DNA of 61,553 bases, filler included, from Squatina squatina (Eukaryota): the NCBI GenBank assembly GCA_031763465.1. It is 4 parts of 4 records of this genome, joined end to end, with 100 filler letters (N's around TTAATTAATTAA, not from the genome) between each part and the next. Parts side by side here need not be neighbours in the genome. Positions count along the whole stretch, not along the records: positions 19,833 to 36,612 come from JARFOE010000004.1; 3 more parts are not named here. One strand, given 5' to 3'. A model generated the notes under the pieces. It did not search any database, had not been told where the DNA came from, and worked only from the letters and a program-made list of their open reading frames with translations. Every line of letters starts with the position of its first letter. The first letter of the stretch is position 1. This document shows positions 23,777-36,712 of this stretch, piece after piece. Both the position numbers and the translations under genes were made by a program.

Positions 23777-25774
23777 CTAGTGTATTCACTGGGTGGAACA
23801 AAACTTAACATCTGAATTTAAGTAAACTGAACTCCTTTTTTTTGGAAGTAAGTAGTCAGTGAGATGGCAAAGTCTTGAATTGTCGATAGCGGGTGAAGAG
23901 CAACAAATAACTCGTATACAAAACACTATCAAAGCAGGAGACATCCCAGGCAAGCTAAGAGAATAGGGAAGGTGANNNNNNNNNNTAGGTATCTCAACTT
24001 GAATAAGGCAGTATAAACATGATACCAGTTCAAGAGCTGTGGTATCTGTTGTGCAATTAGGAGATCACAGGGAGTGTTACTTCCACAAATATATCTTAAT
24101 TAATAACGATAAAATAAACAGGTTTAGAAGGACATTGTACAGGGGCAATGCTTGGATTTTCTTCTCCCCAAGCCCAGAATCTTCTCAACATATGTTCTAG
24201 TAATTACTTAATCCTTGCAATGCTACACAAGGGTCACATGGATTATTACAAATGGTAACTGTAACGANNNNNNNNNNNNNNNNNNNNNNNNNNNNNNNNN
24301 NNNNNNNNNNNNNNNNNNNNNNNNNNNNNNNNNNNNNNNNNNNNNNNNNNNNNNNNNNNNNNNNNNNTTCCTTATACTTGCTTCTGACAGCAGCTCTTTT
24401 CATAATCTTTATGGGAAATTGTTATTCTGAGAAAGGTATGACATTTTAGAGAGATTTATATAACATATGCTATTAAATAAACTGGACATTTAGTTTGATA
24501 TAAAAAAGTTAAAAATTGTGCCTAATTTGAACCTCCCTTTTCCCTTCAAAGCCTGGTTTAGTTCTGCTCAATTGTAATGGGGTCTGAGACAGAGCTCTCC
24601 AATGGAGCAATATTGAGACAGCTCCTGAATATCAGAATACCAGAAAGTATCTTTTTGTTTCTTAATTACTCCAAATTCATGCATTAAACTTAAAATTGTA
24701 TGTTTGAAGAGGAGAATAATAAATTTTGGTATTGCATTGATCTATTAGCAGTTTACTGAATCAAGCATTCTGTACTATCGCCTTGGTATTAGCATCCCCA
24801 GCCCAGTTATTAATTCAAATACCTCACACACTTCAGTAAAATTACTTGCCTTGCAAATTAGTCCCAATGGGTTATGATTTGACCAATATTGTGCCCTACA
24901 CTATTTACAAGGTAAGTGGTTGGAAGATTATCATGAAAGGACCTGATAAGGTCCTCTTCTCATGAATCTCCTCAGAGATACATTGTTATATAAATGTTGA
25001 TTAATTAGTATGTAAATTACACACATGTTTATGCTTACTGGGCAATAAAAAAAAATTAAGAATACAATTGTGCCTTTTTTTTGGTTATTGTGTTGCCACT
25101 GAAAGGCAAATATAGTTTGCCTTTTTAAATGGGAAGTATAGTTATTTCCCATTTTTATTGCATCTGTTACAATGTTTATCTAAATCTTGCAGATAATCGA
25201 GCACCAGGTAGGCAGAAAATAAAACATTCACCATAGTTCTTGAAAAGTTTCACTAAAACACTCGCTGCTCAAAAATAGCCCCAGAAGCCACAGAGTCAGC
25301 TTTAAGAGGCACTCTTGCTGCTTTCATGGGTGAACTTTGGATCATCGAGTAATGTCAGATAATCACACAAGGGTTTTTGAGCCCTCATTTACATAAAAGG
25401 GGCATGTCCAAATTTCAAATTGGAAAGTTGGGTGCAACACACATCTGGCTCTTAAGGTCTCATGCCTGATTTTTCAATGGCTGATGGTCACCTGAGGTCT
25501 TAGAAGATGAGAGCCACAATGTGTTGAACTCTTGCATGTCTGACAACTGGCAGTTTACTTCAGTGACATCATGAATAAGGAAGGCTGCCACTGATTCATT
25601 GTTCCCATTCATATTACCACTGCAGTGGCACATAAGGGAAAGTCCTGCACAAAATATTTGCTCTCAGGCTATCTCTAAACTGCAGTTCTAAAGAAAGATG
25701 TCATTCATATAGCACACGTGTATCAGAAGCATCTCAAAATATGTCACATCAGTAAGTTATTTTGAAGTTGCGCT

Positions 25775-25939
25775 GAACATTCTTGCTATGCTACGCGGCC
25801 ACACGGCAGTCTGAAGGTCCCACGCAGGCCGTGCGCCGGCTTTACAATGGTAATAACCACGCATGCACGAAAACATGAATGGGCCACGTAGCCAGTTAAA
25901 GGGCCTGCACGTCAAAAAAAAAAGTTACAGGGAACATTG
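25775..25939. mobile_element. Short CpG-rich hAT-like non-autonomous element nested in a SINE
   Basis: Right end ttacagggaacattg (reverse complement CAATGTTCCCTGTAA), with a degenerate left end. It interrupts the SINE phrase ttttgaagt...atgtaggtaaacaccgcagcc. Confidence 0.5.
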
Positions 25940-27169
25940 GTGCAATGGTTTTTGCCATGTAGGTAAACACCGCAGCCATTTTGTGCAGAGCAAGATACTA
26001 CAAACAGTAATGAGATGAATGATGAGCTACTCTCTTTATGGTGGTACTGGCTGAGAGAGACATATTGGGCAGGAGACACAAAAACCTTTCAAATAATGCT
26101 ATTTGCTCTTTTAATATCCTCCTGAACCACACAAANNNNNNNNNNNNNNNNNNNNNNNNNNNNNNNNNNNNNNNNNNNNNNNNNNNNNNNNNNNNNNNNN
26201 NNNNNNNNNNNNNNNNNNNNNNNNNNNNNNNNNNNCCTCGTCTCCAGCAACAGAGGTCAATCTTTCGGTCACTATAATTCGGTCCAAAATCACTTTGCCT
26301 TGTTGGGTCCCTCTCAGTCCTCTCGAAAAGAGACATCTTTATAAAGGTGCTTGTTGTCATTTCTCACTTACTAAGATGGTGTTCACTGACCAAAACTCTT
26401 CAAATTCAATTAAATGCTGTTAATTGTAGAAGAGCAGGTAATTCACACAAGAACTTGAAATCTTGGGAGCTTGGTTCTCTGCTCAAATTCTGAGGCCACA
26501 TGGGATGGATGGTTCACACAGGTTTTTTCTCTTTTTTTAACTGTCAGCTGAAGGTGTTGGTTGAGCCCGCAGTGACACACCCATTTTAATATGTTATGCT
26601 TCAGATAACGGGCAAATCTTTTGAGTGCAGATATTCCATCTGGTTTGTATGGAAATCTTTGAAGCAAAAATAATCTACCTAATTAAAAATACTCTGAATT
26701 TCCAGGACAGAAAATATTTTTTTTTTAGTTGTGAGAAGTTTTGATTTATAATATTGCCATAATGGCACTATTAATTTTAATGTTAGTGAATTTTAGCAGT
26801 GTATAAAGAAACTGAGGGCAAGAAAGTTGATAATGGCCAATCTCTATAATTTATTATTTAGATAACTTACAAACTGTTGTGTTCAATTTTAGTCCCTGCA
26901 ATTACCAGTGAAATAGAGAGAATCTGCAGTGATTTTTGGGCTCAAGCACACCAGTGATTTGATTTGATTTCTGGATCTCTTGTTTCCATGTAGAGTAAAT
27001 TAAAACCCCCAGAGATAACGCAGTTGACGTCAGCCTTGAATGCAAAGAATTTATTATGCAGTCAGATTCCAACAGTCCTGCTCTGCCACAGATATACTTT
27101 TTGGTGAAGTGGGACACCAATATGCAAACATTTTCCCACCTCCCTTTAATTCAATGTACTTGTAATTTG

Positions 27170-28455
27170 GCTAACACGTGGGCAGATGCAGTATAATGTG
27201 GCTAAATGTGAGGTTATCCACTTTGGTGGCAAAAATGGGAAGGCAGATTATCTGAATGGCAATGGATTGGGAAAAAGGGAGGTGCAACGAGACCTGGGTG
27301 TCCTTGTGCACCAGTCGCTGAAGNNNNNNNNNNCACCCAATGTGCAGAACGATATCGAAGTCAATCTGAAAGAATTGACTGAAGGGATAGTAGAGACTGA
27401 AGACCAATGACCCTGTTGGGCCAGAGACCAGGGAGGACATTTGTGGAGTACTGGCTGTCGGCATGGAGGAACAATGGAGCGAGTGAGCCTCTGCAGGACT
27501 GAAGCAGGCATCTTTCGGACCCATGTTTAAAAAGGGTGAATATCTGACCCAGGCTATGAAAGACCCATTAGCCTAACATCAGTAATGGGTAAAGTAATGT
27601 AATCTGCTGTAAGGGGCAGGCTGGAGTGGAGCAGCACGTGTAAAGCCGTTTAATACGAATCAGCCAACATGGATTTAGAAGGAGGCAGATCCTGTCTAAC
27701 TAAGCTACTTGGCGACTTCAAGAACACTGCTCGTTAAATAGATACTCGAACTGGAATGTAGTTTATTTGGACTTTCAAGAAGCTTTTGACAAAGTTCCTC
27801 ATTAACAATTTTGAATCCGAGTCGAAGCAAAGCTTTTTTTTTACAAAATTGGGTATGGAGTGTACTTCTGAGCGGTGTAGGGTTGGACTGGGAAGCAGTG
27901 AGGAAGACTCCTGCAAGGAACTGTGGGTCCCTGTCATTTCTGGTGTGCATAAATTGGAATGGTGAAATCAATTCCAAGCTTGTCAAATTTGCAGATGGTA
28001 AAATAAATTTCTTGCCATTCTGAGACACCAAAGTACTGAAAAGTCCNNNNNNNNNNATAAGTAAAGTTTCTGTTTGTCAGGTACAGGATACATGTTCTCT
28101 TTCCACCACCCCCCACCCCCATTGGGCACATTCCACTCCCCTGAACCCATAAGCATAGTTGCAGCCATTTGACGTGGACCATACCTCGGGACCCATGTAC
28201 ATAAAGGTGCTGCAGTAGTTTAATGAGCTAATCCTGCTCAGCTTACCAGCACAGAACAGTAGTTTGCTGGGACTGACCTATCTAGGTCAATTGAAAATTT
28301 CAGAATTGAGATTGCTAGATTTATGTTCGGCCATGGTATTGAGCATCAAGGAACCAAGGCGGGTCGATGGAGTTTAAGGTACAGATAAGCCATGATCTAA
28401 TTGAATGACGGAGCAGACTCGAGGGGCTGAATGGCCTACTCCTGTTCTTGTGTTC
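27170..28455 (+). mobile_element. Cluster of degenerate CR1 LINE fragments
   Basis: MQYNVAKCEVIHFGGKN...VQRDLGVLVHQSLK (27186-27323); RT remnants encoding RPISLTSVMGKV, QHGF and YLDF..AFDKVPH-like motifs (~27525-28040); CR1 3'UTR ending ggggctgaatggcctactcctgttc (~28290-28450). Confidence 0.85.
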
Positions 28456-31400
28456 TTCCCTATCTGTTGGGTCATTGTTTGCAGAGTTGCCTAGAGCCAA
28501 GTAAAAAGAATCCGTGTCCCGTGACGTGTCTACCTGTCATTGAATCAGGCTGGCTGGGCAATTATCAAAAATATCTGGATCCGGTATTAAAAAAGGAACA
28601 TGGCTTCTCATATTTTTTCCCTGACCGCATTCTGGCAGTAATCTGTCCCTTTTTTATATTGTATTTTCTTAAAACGTGTACAATGATAATGAAACCTTAC
28701 ATCACTGGCAGTACCGAGTAAATAAATAGTCCTCAACTGCCTCAATTTGAATAGGTATTTGTAAAGCTGTAATTTAGCATGACTATGAGCTGAAATAGCA
28801 ATGTCATATTATTTTCACATATTATTATGAAAGGCCATGTGAAAAGCCTATTTGAAGGAATACTGGTGTATACAGACTCATGTGATGCTGGCACCCTTGG
28901 TGTTAATATTGTTGCTTTTGCACATACGCCAAGGAGAATTAATGCATTCACAACACGTGGCACGGTGTTCTTGTGGCTCAATTAGTAACCTGTATGGCCC
29001 CATACCTGGTGGAACAGATAACTGAAATCTTTTCTGCTCAATGTGACTGCTGGAAGTCTTCTGGCGTCACTTTGGTTCCTTGCTTCTTCTGAATGGAATT
29101 GTGTTAATCACCCTGCACAACTCTTGACTATTTTATTGCTCTTCAACATCAAAAAATGTTATTGTTTTGCCTGCTAATGTGCGAATCCTGACGATTCATG
29201 CCTTGGAACCAATAATGCTTTGGGTATCAACCGCAGCTGATGTAACTATCTTCGCTTAACCTACTTCAGAAATGAGAATCTGTTATGTTGAAAAAAAAAA
29301 TCACTCAGTTCAGCCTCAGTGCAGAATGCACTCTTGATTGACTGCAAGTGAAGCTGTCAGCCTCAACAGTCATCACTGTCGAGAGCTCATGTCGTCTGTC
29401 AGTGTCTGTTCCGCTTACTGTACCACCGGCAGGGTGCGGGCTGTTGCTTCCCAAATGATATCTCACTGCCAAAATCATGTTACTCTCTCATCACTCATCT
29501 CACAGCTGTCAAAACTGGCAGTCATTGATTATTTCTGTTTTTTNNNNNNNNNNNNNNNNNNNNNNNNNNNNNNNNNNNNNNNNNNNNNNNNNNNNNNNNN
29601 NNNNNNNNNNNNNNNNNNNNNNNNNNNNNNNNNNNNNNNNNNNTGATTAATGCTGATCATTGTATTAGAATTCACTTGAAACTCCTACTGCATGCATATT
29701 TATCACTTGAGAGAATATACCTCTTCTACTGCTCGCCTTCAGTAACTAATTTAACAGAGAAAAAGGCCTCAATGAAATGTATTCAAACATTTTGACATTT
29801 TGCTTCACCTCACTTCCAGTGTAGAAATTGTTTCTGACAGTCATTAAATCAAGAGCCCACTGTTTTGCTCTGTTGAACCTTGTGCTTACTCAATAAGGAT
29901 GCACACAGACGGTGCATTATGTTCAAAGGGTTTGTTTCTACACTAGAAAATACTCTTGTCAACAATGATTCAAAACAGCTTTGACCAAAGTCCCTTCTGC
30001 TCTGTGGAGCTCTTTCTTGTACAAGCACACACTTTTACTAAAAATAGTATGTATATGAAAAATAGAAAAGCCATTTATTCGAGCAATCTCTTAATCACTT
30101 CACAGGTGAAGATGTTGATTATAAATATTAGCCTCTTTGTATTAGATTCTATATTCTTTCAGCACATTGCATTTGATAATGTGTCATATAATATTCAGCA
30201 TAATGTTAGATTGAAATAGAATATTTTTAATGACCTTTAACAAGGTGACACTTCACAAAACCTTAATAGATTTTTGATCAAGAGCAAACTTTCTGGATCC
30301 AGAAGAGTTTTCTGTCAATGCTGCCTCCATCTTTGGTTGTCCTATAATTATTAAAAGGAGNNNNNNNNNNNNNNNNNNNNNNNNNNNNNNNNNNNNNNNN
30401 NNNNNNNNNNNNNNNNNNNNNNNNNNNNNNNNNNNNNNNNNNNNNNNNNNNNNNNNNNNNCAGCGCCTGAATTCCTACAATTGTTCCAGCTCAGGGTTAG
30501 GACATGCAGCACGAGGTCTGAGAGAAATAATTGGCCCAGGAAACAGACAGCCTCTGTCCGCTTATTCATGCATCCTCACTGCCATCCTTGTTATTAAACA
30601 GAGCCAGCATCTGCCAGCTGCAAATTCCCAACCCACTGTCAGGCAAGGGGGAAGAACTGCCAGTAATCAGCCATGCCTGCCCTAGCCAGCTCATTACAAA
30701 GGCCTCATTAATGTTCGGAAACCAATACATGAGGGTGCTCAGCCAACTTTCTTTCACAGGGCTGTATACTGGGGCCTTAATTGACATGATTAATGAAGGC
30801 TGTGGGTGCAGTGGAATTTGTCNNNNNNNNNNGAAAATTGCTATGATATGCAAGGCACACGTTGGCGAATTCTGCTTCAGGCTTTTGTTGACATCTTTCG
30901 ATATGCCAGTCTGATACAGCACAGTTTTGACACTCATACTAAGTCTGCTGTCAAGACCATTTTTCCCCCCGATTTCTGTTTATGAACAAAATGTTAATTT
31001 TAGAGTAAATGTTATGTTTACCCTCTAGTTCATGGTATGCTACAGAATCCATCACTGCCAAATCTTGTTTANNNNNNNNNNNNNNNNNNNNNNNNNNNNN
31101 NNNNNNNNNNNNNNNNNNNNNNNNNNNNNNNNNNNNNNNNNNNNNNNNNNNNNNNNNNNNNNNNNNNNNNNGAAAGCAGAAATTGTGAATGACAAACAGA
31201 AGGGATAATGTACATTTGAAATGGAAGCTCAGTAACTGGCATCAGCACAAAAGGGGTTACATTCAGCTTTTGCATCTCACTTGAGGAAAATCTCATCCAC
31301 ACTATCCAGATCAGGAAAAGACATTTCTTTTCCATGTACAACATTGGACAGAGTCTGATTTGACAGATGGGAGTGGGGGAACAACAGGCATGCTGTACCC

Positions 31401-34309
31401 TTGGTATATATTGGCATAAAACTAACAAACTGTCACATGAATCCATTCAGTAATGAGGCCTGTCTTCTTGCTACCATCAAATGCTGATTTTCATTTTTGC
31501 CAGTAGGCATATATAAACATGCATGGCTTTGTAAATAAGTAGATTACCTACTCTCACTTCTGCATATGTATTAGGATGATTTACTACACAATGAAGCTTT
31601 CACTGATTCTTTCGCACTTTGTTTATTGAATTTCCTTTGCACTGTACAGTACATCCGTATTCCTTCTTTAATCACATTCTGTGGAAATCAGTGTGGGTGA
31701 CTCGCATGACTAAACTTCCATTATCGGGAAATGGGAATTCGTATGAAATTCTTAATGCAGCATTTGGATGCTACTTAACAAAATGTCGAATATAACAAAG
31801 TACAATATACTGGACGTGCTGTGGCCATCAAGATCTGATTTCAGGGTATGTCTGGAGTGTCATTTGGGCCATAAGCCTAGTGAAGTACTTATTATAGAAT
31901 TGTAATAAAACTAGGTTTGCGTTCTTGGTTTGAGGCAACTTAAACAGTAACAGCTGGTGAGGGATGGGCTGGATGTTCATTTACTGTTTAGACCAAGAAA
32001 CTTTGGCACATAACCCCAAAGTTAGCTCACTCCATACGGAGCCCCAGGCCATCTGTTTCATGTAATATGCATACCAGATTGAAAAGTTTAGTCCTGCTAT
32101 CACACTGGATGTCTCTAAAGTGAACCATAGTTGTCCGTTCAACAGGCTGGCTGATAGTTTTGCAATGGACTTGCAAANNNNNNNNNNNNNNNNNNNNNNN
32201 NNNNNNNNNNNNNNNNNNNNNNNNNNNNNNNNNNNNNNNNNNNNNNNNNNNNNNNNNNNNNNNNNNNNNNNNNNNNNTTTTAAAATTAGATACAATGGCT
32301 CATTATGTGCAGATACACTGAGGGTAGTTAGTTGTCAGACTGCCAGCATGCCCAGAGAAATTTTACATTAAGAAAATGTAAACACTTTGTTCATACTTGT
32401 CCTGATATCCCTTTTTTCTACGATTCTTTCTCTTACCCTCCTTTTCTCCTACTATTAGTTATTTTAACTTTCATTATATTGTTTCCTAGATTCCTGGTTT
32501 TGGAGGTGGGAGCGAGTTTTTTGTTAAAGGGTCTGAAGAGAATCAGCACACTCCTCGGCGCTCTATGGAGTCTAATGACTACTATTTTATCGATTGATCC
32601 CGTCACATAATAAATATATACTGTCACCATCATGAAAAGCCTAACACAGTCCACATTTCTGGACCATGGTAGACTCTCCAGTTGTGATAGACATTAAATA
32701 ATTATTAATAAAATTACTATGAGGGAACAATTGCTCTGGTCGTTATGTGTAGTGACATTGTAAATGCTTCTTTGACAATTCTTCCCGCAGCCCATCATTA
32801 TGTAAAATAAGAGATAAATTGGAGTTTGTTATAGAATCATAGAATGAAGCCATTTGGCCCATTGTGCCTGTGGCAGCTCTCTAAAAGAGATATCCACTTA
32901 GTCCCATTCCCCTTCCTTTTCCCTTTCCTTTTCAAATATTTATCCATTTCTCTTCAAAAACTGAATGGACTGGATTTTGCGTTCAGTGGCGAACAACCAA
33001 TGCCAGCCATTCATTACCCTTGCAATTGCCCACAGATTTTCTATGGGCTTTTGAACTGGAACTTGCTATGATTAGAAAGCCATTTCGGCATGGCACCCTC
33101 TACAGGGGATCTGGGACCTGTGTGAACAGGGCAAGCCACAGTGTATCTCCTTCCTGATTTCCGCGTTTAACTCTGCATTTCCGGTCACTGGAGGTGGCTG
33201 ACCGCCTTGCACTTTAACNNNNNNNNNNNNNNNNNNNNNNNNNNNNNNNNNNNNNNNNNNNNNNNNNNNNNNNNNNNNNNNNNNNNNNNNNNNNNNNNNN
33301 NNNNNNNNNNNNNNNNNNCGCTTCCCGGGCATGAGGTCAGACGAATTGGGGCCCCTGTCTGTAAAGTACATACTAAAACAACTATGAAACATGACCATTT
33401 ATTGAAGAAAGGAGACTGTACTAATACCCGCTTTAGCGGTAAGTTTATGGGTATGCGCCAGTGGCAGTGAACCTCCCCTGCCAGAACATCATGTGCAGTG
33501 TGCCTATGATTTTTTTATATATTACAACAGCAATCAGCATTCCCCGCCACAGGCATGTACTTGAAAAATTAGCCCGACTATGCCATTAGAATTGCAGCCA
33601 TAAAACAAGCTCCTCGTCATCATCTTGTTGCACCAGAGAAGCATTTGTAATTCCTATAATGTGCCTATCGTTCTCAATTAAACTGTCAAATTATTACCAA
33701 TTTTTAATCAAATCTTAGGTAAGTCCATGAAATGAGAGACTGCCACAACTCATTTCAAGGAGGACCATTATAGTCACCACAAGAGTGACCTTAAGGCCAT
33801 CAGTCTGGGTTGGTGTAGGGCAGCACAGTTGCAGCTGGCCGGTCCGTTAACCGCAAGGGTGTTAGCATACTGTGCCACCCAATTTTACTAATAAAGTCCT
33901 TTCTCAGATGTTCCAAATTCAAGGGATTGAAGATATTTCTTTAAAACCCCTGTTATTGAAGACCCTAACATTGAAGCTGTTAAAAAAAATGTGAAGTTCC
34001 ATCCTTGATATTGCCCAAACTTGCCGATGTTTTCAGAACAGATGTCATCCTAGCCCTGAGTCAATCATTTATTATAAATCAGTTACAATAGTTATGAATG
34101 ATGTGCTTTCAATTCATTATTGCAGGAGGNNNNNNNNNNNNNNNNNNNNNNNNNNNNNNNNNNNNNNNNNNNNNNNNNNNNNNNNNNNNNNNNNNNNNNN
34201 NNNNNNNNNNNNNNNNNNNNNNNNNNNNNCCAGCAACAAGTCACCGATTTCTGACAACAAAATAGCTAGTCCTCACAGCTGCTTAAATAGCACATAAATT
34301 ACATCCGTT

Positions 34310-34597
34310 CCGGGTTTCACCGCCCAAAAAAAGGGCGCTGTCACCGCCAGGTTAACGCTACAAAAAGGTAGACCAAGTCAACGTCGGGCGGCCATTTTGG
34401 GTGCTGCACCCTCTGCTGATGTCACGGAGGCTATTTTATGCCCAGCACCGCATTTTCAGCGCTCCCACATTAGCGCCCATTTAGCTCCGGTGTTAATCTG
34501 AGAACAATTCCGCGTCTTTGCAATTAGTGCTGAAAACGGGCATTAGAGCCCTAACACCTGTTCTGCGCTAGCGCTGAAGGACCAATAGGGCACCCCT
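34310..34597. mobile_element. GC-rich MITE-like fragment, family A copy 2
   Basis: Colinear similarity with 1800-2108. Confidence 0.65.
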
Positions 34598-34770
34598 TGT
34601 ATTTGTATAGCACTTTTAACCTAGTGAAACGTCCCAAGGTGCTTCACAGGAGTATTGTGAGAATTGTTTTTTTAATTTTGACACCGAGCCATGTGAGGAG
34701 AAATTAGGGCAGGTGACCAAAAGCTGGGTCAAAGAGGTAGATTTTAAGGAGCGTCTTGAAGGAGGAATAA
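34597..34770 (-). mobile_element. L2/CR1-clade LINE 3' end
   Basis: ttgtatttgtatagcacttttaacctagtgaaacgtcccaaggtgcttcacagg resembles the SINE tail at 9256, then continues gggcaggtgaccaaaagctgggtcaaagaggtagattttaagg. Confidence 0.55.
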
Positions 34771-35473
34771 AAAAAAGAATTTTAAAAAATACTGCATGTA
34801 TTCCAAATCCCTGAGACTAAAAGTCCAGGACTTATTCAAGCTTTTGAAAAACTAATTTTTGTCATTAAGGATTGATCCATTATGTTGCTGCAAGGTGGTA
34901 TGATTACTGAGTGTTGAAAATGTGAGCTTCATTAAGTCATCTGTGAATTTCATTTAATGTTGTTTGAACTATTTAGAACCGATAGGTAATTACAAGTTTA
35001 ATGAAGCATATCACAGATCACTCAACTCTACTGTTTGTTTCTCAACTGGGACTCTGTTTCACTTTGTGCTTATCCTACAGCAAGCCTCCTACTCCACAGT
35101 CATTTTGGCAATAAGAAGTATTTAATTAGACTAATGAATTTTTATGCTACCTCCTAGGAATCAGGCTTGTTAATTTCTGACAATGACAAGAAAATACCGT
35201 AACAGATTTTTCAATATGTCTTTGCAAAGACTCTGGTTATTTTGCAGTAGCAGTGTTCATAAATCAGCTGCTTCAGGCTGACTTACTCCAAATCTCCAGA
35301 GAGACATAGAGAGGCACTGTCAAGTACAACCTGTTTCATCAATTAAAGGGACCAGATTCCTTTTAGTGTCCATTAGTTCTGCTATTTTAATGTTACCACA
35401 AAAAATTACCAAACCTATCTGAGGTCTCTTATAACTGGCATATCTCTGTTCTGTTACAAGAGTGCCAGCAGAT

Positions 35474-35549
35474 TAAGAACATAAGAATTAGGAGCAGGAG
35501 TAGGCCAAACAGTCCCTCGAACCTGCTCGACTGTTCAATAAGATCATGG
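35474..35549 (-). mobile_element. CR1 LINE 3' tail
   Basis: taagaacataagaattaggagcaggagtaggcc...ccctcgaacctgctc is the reverse complement of the CR1 3' end. Confidence 0.8.
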
Positions 35550-36612
35550 NNNNNNNNNNNNNNNNNNNNNNNNNNNNNNNNNNNNNNNNNNNNNNNNNNN
35601 NNNNNNNNNNNNNNNNNNNNNNNNNNNNNNNNNNNNNNNNNNNNNNNNNCATGCCAGGATATTTCATCTACAATGTCAGACAAATGTAGCTTGGTTGCCA
35701 CTTCTCTATGAAATGTCAGATACAGTTGGAAGAAGGGTCTCCGCCAATGCGGCTCCGTACCGGGGCATTCTCTAATTTTCCTTCCCTTCTTCCATGGAAG
35801 CGCCCCTCTGCAACTTCCTCAGACAGTTTGGCTCAGACGAGGAACTTAAGAAGTGCAAAATAGTATTGGCTAGCTGACTCTTCTCAGCTTGAGCTGAAAG
35901 TGCATTATTACAGTAACACAACGGACCATTTTCACTTACAGCTATGAGTTATTCATTCTGTATTAAATTCCATTTTTAATCAAAATTTTATTAAGGAACT
36001 ACACGGACATGAACAGTAGGCACACATCCCCTTTCTGAAAAATAGAAAAATGTAATCTGTGAATGAAAAAAAAAGGATAAATATATACTTACTTTACATC
36101 ACATATTAGATCTAGATACAAGGAATAGGTATCCTCAGGTTTTACTGAGGCAACATCTATTAAATTTTGTTGGTTCAAGAAGGCAGATGACAGTGGCTTT
36201 TATCATTTTTGGTGTCAAATTTCAACTTGCCTTTATAGCATCAATGGCAGTGACATCTGAATCTGTCAGTTAGATTCATCTGGATGCTGTGGAGGCTTTT
36301 CAGCTATCATGGCAGTTAACCTGGCATGTCTGGGCCAGGAATGACAGTTGTTTAAATGTGTTACTCAAATCCCATGAGTCCATCGTTTGAATGTTATCTG
36401 ACATGTATCTGAAATGTAAGTCATATTTGCAGTACTTGTGCAGACGCAGAACTGTGAAAATAAAAATCAGTTTTCCACACTTATGTCACAGTGAAGCATT
36501 GACCTCACCACACGATTTATTTTCCCTCTCAGCATTACAAAAAAACATTAAAAAGCTATTATTTATCCTGGATATTTTACTACCCTCCTTGGCAATTGTG
36601 TTATATCACTAC

Positions 36613-36712
36613 NNNNNNNNNNNNNNNNNNNNNNNNNNNNNNNNNNNNNNNNNNNNTTAATTAATTAANNNNNNNNNNNNNNNNNNNNNNNNNNNNNNNN
36701 NNNNNNNNNNNN
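36613..36712. other. Artificial scaffold linker (N44-TTAATTAATTAA-N44)
   Basis: 12-mer at 36657-36668. Confidence 0.95.
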
